Source: a virus
Reading direction: 5' to 3' (one strand)
Virus record (IMG/VR): IMGVR_UViG_3300045988_019654
Coordinates: 1-44,111 of that record
DNA length: 44,111 nucleotides
Below are positions 26,631 to 33,279 of the stretch, piece by piece. The position numbers and the translations under genes were made by a program. How positions within the stretch are numbered: the stretch's first letter is position 1; each line of letters starts with the position of its first letter. Under the pieces are notes generated by a model. That model made no database searches. It was not told the DNA's origin and saw only the letters and a program-made list of their open reading frames with translations.

Positions 26631-27091
26631 AGAATTGTTCCTCCCAATAGCTTTATTCGCCACACTTCGCACTTTTCATGCGGATTATGTATTTTGTACC
26701 GCTGATTTTGCAATATTATGTAAAGTACGGTTATTCGTGGTATTTTTATTTTATCATTTTAAAAACATATTGTAAAGATTTAGAACGAAATAGAGTGATT
26801 TAGATGAAAAAGAAATGTTTTAAGTGCTTTGTACTTCTCTTGCTGATCTATAAGGTATTTAGTCTTGTACGTACCCCACAAAAGATAATTTCTAACAATA
26901 ATCAGAAAGATATGCAGATAGTTCATTCGTATATAGTATACCAGAACCATTCTGTCCAGAAGTATCCGCATACAGACGGTGGCGGTGGAAAAGTCTGTAA
27001 TCTCGCATTTTATTTCTGCGAAAGCGTATTTTCCTTTGTGATTGCGGAATTTGTCTTTATAGTATTAAAGGTGCATGCATATATCTGGCAG

Positions 27092-27120
27092 TTGCCAAGG
27101 GCAAACATTAGTGATATAAT
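27092..27120 (+). promoter_or_regulatory. Near-consensus sigma-A promoter
   Basis: TTGCCA (27092..27097), a 17-nt spacer, then TATAAT (27115..27120), about 90 nt upstream of the 38-aa ORF. Confidence 0.6.
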
Positions 27121-27209
27121 AGCAAAAACGAACTAATGTTCGGTTCTATTTCCCACAAGCCGGGCATATACTGTAGTGCAGGTGGTAGTTGCGACAGGGA
27201 GGGCTATTT

Positions 27210-27326
27210 ATGGATTATAAGAAGGAAATTATTGAGATGGTTGAAAAATGTGATAATGAGGGCAAGTTAAAATTTGTCTATACGATTCTTATCAAATATC
27301 TAAAATCAAAGAAGCAAGGGGATTAA
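27210..27326 (+). CDS. 38-aa helical microprotein, function unknown
   Basis: Not in the ORF track. RBS AGGGAGGG sits 7 nt upstream. Translation: MDYKKEIIEMVEKCDNEGKLKFVYTILIKYLKSKKQGD. The gene ends inside a terminator hairpin. Confidence 0.5.
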   Translation: MDYKKEIIEMVEKCDNEGKLKFVYTILIKYLKSKKQGD

Positions 27327-27343
27327 CCCTTGCTCTTTTTGTT
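27314..27343. terminator. Bidirectional terminator shared by the 38-aa ORF and the repressor gene
   Basis: Stem GCAAGGG / CCCTTGC with a 6-nt loop. TCTTTTTGTTT follows on the plus strand and a T-rich run follows on the minus strand. Confidence 0.65.
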
Positions 27344-27667
27344 TAATGATGAAACTATTTGTTTTATTGCTTTCTTATCTTCTTTATCGAGTGCTTTATA
27401 TTCCTCGATAAAGTCTAAGACGTCAGGTTCTGACATAAGGTTTCCAATTATGGTTGCATAATCGTCATCGCTTTTAGAACCCACGAGATATGTCGGTGTT
27501 ACTTCCAGAGCGCCGCATAGAAGTTCGATAGTGTCCATATCTGGTTTGCACTTATCTTTTTCCCAGTCACTAATTGAATTGTGTTTTACATTGATTTTTT
27601 CTGCGAGTTGTTTCTGAGTTAATTTCTTTGCTGTTCTGGCTTGCTTGATTTTCTCGCCAAATGTCAT
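27323..27667 (-). CDS. CI-like repressor (XRE-family HTH)
   Basis: ATG at 27667 follows AAGGAGGAAATCG. The HTH reads KIKQARTAKKLTQKQLAEKINVKHNSISDWEKDK. The gene is divergent from a cro-like gene. Confidence 0.85.
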   Translation of the reverse strand: MTFGEKIKQARTAKKLTQKQLAEKINVKHNSISDWEKDKCKPDMDTIELLCGALEVTPTYLVGSKSDDDYATIIGNLMSEPDVLDFIEEYKALDKEDKKAIKQIVSSLNKKSKG

Positions 27668-27829
27668 TATCGATTTCCTCCTTTCATGATTAATAATAAT
27701 ATAGAAATTTCGAACTGTCAATAAAATAATTTCGATTTTCTCGAAATTTATTCTTGACATTCGAACATTTCGAAGTTATACTGTAATTGTTCGATAGGAA
27801 CGAAACTTAAATAGAAAGGAGAATTGAAA
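27668..27829. promoter_or_regulatory. Immunity switch: divergent promoters and TTCGAA-core operators
   Basis: Plus strand: TTGACA 27754..27759, 17 nt, TATACT 27777..27782. Minus strand: TTGACA (27716..27721), 17 nt, TATTAT (27693..27698). A TTCGA(A) core occurs seven times, including the inverted repeat AATTTCGA-ttttc-TCGAAATT. Confidence 0.75.
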
Positions 27830-28054
27830 ATGTGTGTTGGTAAGAAAATCAAGTCATACCTTGAGAATAACGGCATAACACAGACATTCGTTGCCAACAA
27901 AACTGGTATTCCTGTTCAGAAGCTCAATCTTTCTCTCAATGGAAATCGCAAATTAGATTTCGATGAATACGAATTAATTTGTGGAGCATTATCTGTTGGA
28001 ACCGATAAGTTTCTTGAACCAAGGTTGCCAGAACGGAAGGGAGTAAATAATTGA
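27830..28054 (+). CDS. Cro-like XRE-family HTH regulator
   Basis: ATG at 27830 follows GAAAGGAG. The HTH reads ITQTFVANKTGIPVQKLNLSLNGN. Confidence 0.75.
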   Translation: MCVGKKIKSYLENNGITQTFVANKTGIPVQKLNLSLNGNRKLDFDEYELICGALSVGTDKFLEPRLPERKGVNN

Positions 28055-28599
28055 AGCGTAAAGTATATGTCATGGATTGTGGCGATTTCGTAAAAATCGG
28101 CGTATCTGGAAATGTCGAACAGAGGGCAACACAGATTCCGTACAAGGTAAATCGAATCTATTCAACAGACGAAATGGAAGATGCTTTTAAATTAGAACGT
28201 GAGATGCACATGTTATTTGATGGAAATAGGGTTCCAGAAGCGCAGGGAAGAGAGTATTTTAATATCTCTTTTGAAATTGCTGCATTTGAATTAAAGAAAA
28301 GAGCGGATGAGCAAAAAAATGTAGAATCTGCAAAGCTAATACCTAGAAAGCCGCTTTCTATCAGTGAAAAGCAGAAAGCCATACTCAAATTGATTCCGCT
28401 GCTTAAATTTGTTGATGATTTCGACCTCGGATACATGCTCGGCGTAGCAGAGGAGAAAAGTAAAGCAAAAAGCATGGAAGAATCTGAATATGATTCCCTG
28501 CAAGATGGTATCTCCTCTCTGTTATCCCTCAATGAGGATGATTTACGGATGACTTTGGGTTACGCAATCGCATTGAGGGATAAAGAACAAAGGAGGTGA
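28051..28599 (+). CDS. T5orf172 / MUG113 (GIY-YIG-like) domain protein
   Basis: TTG start follows GGAAGGGAG. The N-terminal pattern is VYVMDCGDFVKIGVSGNVEQR...EMH..F...R...GREYF. Confidence 0.55.
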   Translation: MKRKVYVMDCGDFVKIGVSGNVEQRATQIPYKVNRIYSTDEMEDAFKLEREMHMLFDGNRVPEAQGREYFNISFEIAAFELKKRADEQKNVESAKLIPRKPLSISEKQKAILKLIPLLKFVDDFDLGYMLGVAEEKSKAKSMEESEYDSLQDGISSLLSLNEDDLRMTLGYAIALRDKEQRR

Positions 28600-28621
28600 A
28601 GAAAAATGTTAGACTGCACCG

Positions 28622-29140
28622 TCAGTGAAAATATTCTCGGTCAGGTTTCAGTTCAGCTCGAAATGACGAGCCACGACTGGTCGAAATTAAAAATGTCCGG
28701 TGTGTGGAGTCAGATGGAGCAGATTCTAATGGAATCTGAAACACAAAGTAGCCGCTGCTTCCACCATATCCAGACAAACAAACCGGAAGAGACATATTGT
28801 ACAAGCTGTCGGAAGAAACGGTTTTTCCACCGATTTTCCGGTCTGAAGAAGCAACGATAGTTGGTAACTTATTGCATGGATATGTAATTCCGTTAATAAC
28901 AATGGAGACATCTGTAATTGATACGGCAGAATTTGAAAGGTTATCAAATTGGATATAAGCCAGAGCTAATTGCTTCTCTGCACTATATCCGAAATAAGGT
29001 AAACTTAAACGAATTTTTCGCCGTGATTGAATCACTTGCCAAGCAGTACCAACGGAGCCTATTAGTCCAAGCAGAAAAGTGATGTTTTCAAAAGTAACAA
29101 TTTCTTTAACAGAATTCAGAATTGAAATAATTGGATTCAT
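28622..29140 (-). CDS. 172-aa N-terminally membrane-anchored protein, function unknown
   Basis: RBS AGGGAGGT. TM segment ITFLLGLIGSVGTAWQVI is followed by a beta-rich domain. The gene has its own extended -10 promoter and is antisense to the early operon. Confidence 0.65.
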   Translation of the reverse strand: MNPIISILNSVKEIVTFENITFLLGLIGSVGTAWQVIQSRRKIRLSLPYFGYSAEKQLALAYIQFDNLSNSAVSITDVSIVINGITYPCNKLPTIVASSDRKIGGKTVSSDSLYNMSLPVCLSGYGGSSGYFVFQIPLESAPSDSTHRTFLISTSRGSSFRAELKPDREYFH

Positions 29141-29274
29141 TTTAATACCTCCCTTGAAGGAGAGTATATCACAAGAAAGGAGTAAATATATGAGTAGATC
29201 ACTTGAAAAAAGGATTCGTTCATTGGAAAGAAGAGCTGCCAGTCTTGAATCGCAACTTCAAGACCAGCAACAAA

Positions 29275-29577
29275 TTATTTTTTCTCAGCGTCCGAACGTC
29301 CGCCATGAATCACTCTTAAATCAGGCGGCTCATGATGCTCAGTCAGGTGCTCATATTCCAGCATTCCGAATGAATCTAGGTAATCGAACATTATTTGAAC
29401 AGAAGACTGAATAGATGTATTTACGGCATTTCTGATGATTTGGAATTGCTCTTTTGATATGCAAGGTTCGTCTTCTGGCAGACCTTGTAACAGGCTCTGA
29501 GCAATATTGGCAGAATTTTCAGCCAGGATTCTTTCAACATCAGAGTTAATAACCGACATAAATTCATCGTAAGTCAT
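29275..29577 (-). CDS. 100-aa protein, function unknown
   Basis: ATG at 29577 lies 7 nt after GGAGGTG. The gene has its own extended -10 promoter, TGcTATACT. Confidence 0.55.
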   Translation of the reverse strand: MTYDEFMSVINSDVERILAENSANIAQSLLQGLPEDEPCISKEQFQIIRNAVNTSIQSSVQIMFDYLDSFGMLEYEHLTEHHEPPDLRVIHGGRSDAEKK

Positions 29578-29631
29578 TTTTAGCACCTCCTTTCATAGGA
29601 GAGTATAGCACGAATTAACAAGGAGGGGAAC

Positions 29632-29961
29632 ATGAGCGAAGTTAACACTTACATCAAAGAAAATGCACAGGTTCATCAGTTTGCCGCAGAAGTGGCAAGA
29701 ATTATATCTGGTATCCCACAGATGCCGGAGTTTTCGTCAGAGAACATGACGGTATCCGATGCAAGTCAGCTGATCGGACTTCCGGCAGCGTCAATCCGAG
29801 CCGGGATTGTGTATGGATGGCTTCCGATCGGAACCGCTATCCAGAATAACAAGCCGGCAAAAAGCCTTTCCGGTGGACGAATCACATACATCATAAGCCC
29901 TAGGAAAGTCTATGAAGTAACTGGTCATGTCTGGAAAGGCAAAGAGGCTCTCAATAAGTGA
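29632..29961 (+). CDS. HTH DNA-binding protein (excisionase / early-regulator candidate)
   Basis: RBS AAGGAGGGG. MTVSDASQLIGLPAASIRAGIVYGWLPIG resembles MerR/excisionase-type HTH proteins. Confidence 0.45.
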   Translation: MSEVNTYIKENAQVHQFAAEVARIISGIPQMPEFSSENMTVSDASQLIGLPAASIRAGIVYGWLPIGTAIQNNKPAKSLSGGRITYIISPRKVYEVTGHVWKGKEALNK

Positions 29962-30098
29962 GTGCCCCGGAGGGAGCCGAAACCTCCGCCCCGGAGCTTT
30001 GCACCCACTAAAGTACCTTAGTGGATAGATACATTATAGTTCTCTATCTGCTAATTGTAAAGACAAAAAAAGAATAAATAAGGAGAAATTAGCTAGAT

Positions 30099-30275
30099 AT
30101 GAGTGAAATTAGAAACGAAAATCAGCCAACATGGACTGACATCGAAGTAGCACTTGCGACTGAAATTGTCGAAAAAAGTAAGAGGAAGTCAAGAAAATGG
30201 TTCACGGCATGGATTGTGACGGTTGCCGCGCTGGTAGTCAGCAACCTTGCATGGATTATGGGAGAAATGAAATGA
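30099..30275 (+). CDS. 58-aa single-TM microprotein
   Basis: Not in the ORF track. Translation: MSEIRNENQPTWTDIEVALATEIVEKSKRKSRKWFTAWIVTVAALVVSNLAWIMGEMK. AAGGAGA lies upstream. Confidence 0.5.
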   Translation: MSEIRNENQPTWTDIEVALATEIVEKSKRKSRKWFTAWIVTVAALVVSNLAWIMGEMK

Positions 30276-30403
30276 AAGAGTATACGCTAATTGCTGTTTG
30301 TATGCTTGCCGGGAAATATGTGGACATACCTATTTGGCTGAACATCTTTTTTGGCATCTCGGCAGCATGGGCGGTGCGCCAGATGAAAGCAGACTGGCAG
30401 TAG
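30272..30403 (+). CDS. 43-aa TM microprotein
   Basis: ATGA overlap with the previous ORF. Translation: MKEYTLIAVCMLAGKYVDIPIWLNIFFGISAAWAVRQMKADWQ. The track start at 30197 would overlap the upstream gene. Confidence 0.45.
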   Translation: MKEYTLIAVCMLAGKYVDIPIWLNIFFGISAAWAVRQMKADWQ

Positions 30404-30423
30404 GAAATAAGGAGGATAAGAAG

Positions 30424-30705
30424 ATGTTCAAGAAAGAGATTGATGAAATTTACGAACTCTGTAAAAGAGTTGTGAACGAAGTTCCGACAGCAAGCGTTAC
30501 ATTCGATTTTTCAGGCTACGGCTTGGAAGTAAGAGGGCTTAAAAGAAAAGAGGATGTTCTCCTTCCTGAAGACATTTTTAAATGGGATTTATATCAGAAT
30601 GTATCTCTTGACCCATTTTACGAGAAAGAAAGCCGTGAAAAGCTCAATAAAATCAAAGCATTCTTGCTAGAACTTCTGATAGATAGGAAGTGCCCAAATG
30701 AGTAA
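30424..30705 (+). CDS. Hypothetical early protein
   Basis: ATG at 30424 follows AAGGAGGA. The track start at 30298 is upstream and has no RBS. Confidence 0.55.
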   Translation: MFKKEIDEIYELCKRVVNEVPTASVTFDFSGYGLEVRGLKRKEDVLLPEDIFKWDLYQNVSLDPFYEKESREKLNKIKAFLLELLIDRKCPNE

Positions 30706-30922
30706 GCAGATAGCAATTATGAAACTTCTTCCCAGTCTGGAGATAGCAGGATGCATTAATGAACTGCTCAGAGAGCTTCAGTCCAGAGGGGATCACATTT
30801 TGGATTATGAAAACTGCGATATGTCTCTTGACCATGTGGAATACCACAAAGCCGAAGATATCGACGGAGAGAAGTTCGGAGATGCATCAGATAACCTTTA
30901 TTGCTTCTTTAAGGCGGTGTAA
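30698..30922 (+). CDS. Hypothetical acidic early protein
   Basis: 74-aa ORF with RBS AGGAAGTG, co-oriented and tightly packed with its neighbours. Confidence 0.5.
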   Translation: MSKQIAIMKLLPSLEIAGCINELLRELQSRGDHILDYENCDMSLDHVEYHKAEDIDGEKFGDASDNLYCFFKAV

Positions 30923-30924
30923 GT

Positions 30925-31092
30925 ATGGATGAACGCATTCAGGAAGTATTGAGATTAATCGACATACAGCTTGCTACAGTGCCGGATAATCCGATTGAAG
31001 AATCATATAAGGCAAGAACACTGGCGAACTATATACAGGCTTTAAATGGGCTTTTAGCGGCTCAGAAATCATATAAGGAGGAACAAAAATGA
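30925..31092 (+). CDS. 55-aa helical microprotein
   Basis: Not in the ORF track. Translation: MDERIQEVLRLIDIQLATVPDNPIEESYKARTLANYIQALNGLLAAQKSYKEEQK. It fills the gap exactly and its stop overlaps the next ATG. Confidence 0.5.
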   Translation: MDERIQEVLRLIDIQLATVPDNPIEESYKARTLANYIQALNGLLAAQKSYKEEQK

Positions 31093-31289
31093 CTGAATTT
31101 GAAATCCATATACCGGCACGTAAAAAGGCAGTAGTGTCAGAACGAGACATGGCGGTAAAAGTGACCGAGGAAGCGTATAACGCGTTGACAGAAATTTACA
31201 ATGAAAGCACTTTATCAATGCGCCAGATCGCAAGTCTTCTGATTGTAGAAGGTAGCAAACATATCGTATACGACAAAGCGGAGGTGTGA
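31089..31289 (+). CDS. Hypothetical protein (possibly ribbon-helix-helix-like)
   Basis: RBS AAGGAGGAA. The MAVKVTEEAYNALTEIYNES...MRQIASLLI pattern is suggestive only. Confidence 0.45.
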   Translation: MTEFEIHIPARKKAVVSERDMAVKVTEEAYNALTEIYNESTLSMRQIASLLIVEGSKHIVYDKAEV

Positions 31290-31292
31290 GCT

Positions 31293-31934
31293 ATGGCAAA
31301 CTTAATTGGAATCATGGGTGAACCCGGAAGTGGTAAAAGTACATCCCTTCGCAATCTCAATCCAGAAGAAACTTATTACTGTGATTGCGATGGAAAAGGT
31401 CTGAATTGGAAAGGGTGGAGAGATCAGTATTCCACTGATAAGAACAATTATGTAAAGACCAGTTTTCCGCAGACTATAGTCAAATATCTTTTAAACATTG
31501 CAGAAAAAGCACCACATATCCATTATTTCGTTGTTGATACCGTAAATAACTTAATGGTATCAGACGAAATGAGAAGATGCAAAGAGAAAGGCTATGACAA
31601 GTGGATGGACCTCGCCTCGAGCATCTGGGACTTGGTAGATATTCCGTCAAAGCTTAGAGATGATCTGACAGTGATCCTGCTGTTCCACACGCAAACAGAA
31701 ATGACTGACGCAGGCTATGAGTTTACCAGAATCAAAACCAATGGAAGAAAGACTGAGAAAAACAACATTGACAGTAAATTCAACTGGTTGCTCAGATCAA
31801 TGAAGCAGGAGAACACTTATTGTTTTTCAACCACTTCTCATAATGACACTGCAAGAACGCCGCTGGGAGCATTTGAAGAGGAATATATTCCGAATGATAT
31901 TGTGAAGGTCATTGAAGTTATGAAGGAGTTTTGA
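31293..31934 (+). CDS. Sak4-like / AAA_24 RecA-fold ATPase
   Basis: Walker A GEPGSGKST sits at the N-terminus and Walker B-like HYFVVDTV follows. The gene lies next to the SSB-like and nuclease genes. Confidence 0.7.
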   Translation: MANLIGIMGEPGSGKSTSLRNLNPEETYYCDCDGKGLNWKGWRDQYSTDKNNYVKTSFPQTIVKYLLNIAEKAPHIHYFVVDTVNNLMVSDEMRRCKEKGYDKWMDLASSIWDLVDIPSKLRDDLTVILLFHTQTEMTDAGYEFTRIKTNGRKTEKNNIDSKFNWLLRSMKQENTYCFSTTSHNDTARTPLGAFEEEYIPNDIVKVIEVMKEF

Positions 31935-32131
31935 TGAGAGAACAAAACTGGTATGTATTTTTAATAGGCCGGTACGCCTATCGGATAAGATGCGAATCGC
32001 ATTATATCCGTCAATTATACCGTGATAAAGCAATTCGTGAGTACAGGAAATGTGCGAGCAAAGAAGAAGCTATTTCTATGTGCTATGACTATAACAAATA
32101 TTTAAAAGGAGATAAAAAACATGGCAATTAA
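31934..32131 (+). CDS. Hypothetical protein
   Basis: ATG at 31934 follows GAAGGAG and overlaps the upstream stop codon. Confidence 0.45.
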   Translation: MREQNWYVFLIGRYAYRIRCESHYIRQLYRDKAIREYRKCASKEEAISMCYDYNKYLKGDKKHGN

Positions 32132-32711
32132 AAGATTTGGAGATTATGAAAAAACACAGGCTTATGGAGATTACGATGTACTTCCAAAAGGTGGTTACGT
32201 TGTAAAGATTCTTGGAGCTGAAGTTTGTAACAATAGTGTAGGCCAGTATGTAAAAATCAGTTGCGATATCGCAGAAGGTGAATATGCAGGCTTCTACGCA
32301 AAAGAATATAAAGCTCAGCAGAACGAAGATAAGAAATGGCACTGCAATTACCTTCTGAACATTCCGAATGATGACGGATCAGAGAAAGATAACTGGACAA
32401 AGAGACACTTTAAAACATTTACAGAAGCTCTTGAAGAATCCAATCCGGGATACCACTTTGACTGGGATGAGCAGAAATTCAAAGGTAAGATTGCCGGCGG
32501 TCTTTTTAATGAAAGAGAATATGAAAAGAATGACGGAAGCATTGGAAGAGCTACCAATCTGGCGTCCTTCTGCAAAGTTGATAAAATCCGTTCTGGTGAT
32601 TACAAGCTCCCAAAAGACAGAGTTTTGAACAGTAATAATTCTTCACGCACTAGTTCGGATGGCTTTATGAGTATTCCCGACGGTACAGATGAGGAGATGC
32701 CATTCAACTAA
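32121..32711 (+). CDS. DUF669-type ssDNA-binding-like protein with an acidic C-terminal tip
   Basis: RBS AAAGGAG. The N-terminus FGDYEKTQAYGDYDVLPKGGY and the C-terminal DGTDEEMPF resemble phage DUF669 proteins and the SSB tail motif. Confidence 0.6.
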   Translation: MAIKRFGDYEKTQAYGDYDVLPKGGYVVKILGAEVCNNSVGQYVKISCDIAEGEYAGFYAKEYKAQQNEDKKWHCNYLLNIPNDDGSEKDNWTKRHFKTFTEALEESNPGYHFDWDEQKFKGKIAGGLFNEREYEKNDGSIGRATNLASFCKVDKIRSGDYKLPKDRVLNSNNSSRTSSDGFMSIPDGTDEEMPFN

Positions 32712-33274
32712 TGGATATTTTTGATCAAAAAGAAGTCTTAAAGTCTTTCCAGGTTCTTGTTGATTCCAGAGAACAAGCGACTGAGCGAGCGGAGAAACGG
32801 TACAAATCCTTTTCCGCTCCATATAGTCGAGCAACATTGGATTATGGTGACTACACCTATAATGCAGTATTGCCGAGTGGTGAGTTGCTGTTTGATACCA
32901 ATAGCACAATTAAGCCATTCTGCGTGGTAGAACGAAAAATGAATTTAGATGAATTAGCTGCATGTTTTACCAGAGGACGCGAAAGATTCAAAAGAGAGTT
33001 TGAACGGGCATTAGATCAGAAGTGTAGGATTTATCTCATTTGCGAAAATTCGAGTTGGGAAAACCTTCTAAACAGTAAATATCGAAGCAAATTCAACTCC
33101 AATGCATTCCTGGCTTCCAGTGTTGCATGGATGGTCCGATACAACATGAATGTGGTTTTTTGCAAGGAAGAAACATCTGGGAGACTGATAAAAGAAATTT
33201 TATACAGAGATTTAAAAGAAAGACTTGAAAGGGGTGAGTTTGATGGTTGTAAATTCGATTCAACTCACAGGTGA
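32711..33274 (+). CDS. ERCC4 / XPF-family nuclease (structure-specific, resolvase-like)
   Basis: The motifs VDSREQ ... GDYTY ... VVERKMNLDELA match the ERCC4 GDxn-ERK-xxxD signature. Confidence 0.65.
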   Translation: MDIFDQKEVLKSFQVLVDSREQATERAEKRYKSFSAPYSRATLDYGDYTYNAVLPSGELLFDTNSTIKPFCVVERKMNLDELAACFTRGRERFKREFERALDQKCRIYLICENSSWENLLNSKYRSKFNSNAFLASSVAWMVRYNMNVVFCKEETSGRLIKEILYRDLKERLERGEFDGCKFDSTHR

Positions 33275-33279
33275 TAGCA

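Noticed and set aside
26804-27136. 110-aa plus-strand ORF in the AT-rich spacer upstream of the 38-aa gene. A 63-aa minus-strand ORF at 26780..26971 also lies here.
   Set aside because: The RBS is weak and the protein sequence is implausible and low-complexity. Its 3' end runs through the TTGCCA-17-TATAAT promoter. It is most likely non-coding regulatory DNA, although a small membrane protein cannot be fully excluded.
28606-28860. 84-aa plus-strand ORF following the T5orf172 gene.
   Set aside because: It is completely antisense to the 3' part of the RBS-supported 172-aa minus-strand gene, and it has no convincing RBS.
29190-29414. 74-aa plus-strand ORF (MSRSLEKRIRSLERRAASLESQLQ...) with a good AAAGGAG RBS.
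   Set aside because: Its distal two-thirds are antisense to 29275..29577, and its RBS region coincides with the spacer of the minus-strand extended -10 promoter. It stays unresolved rather than called as a feature. Frame conservation in related phages would decide it.
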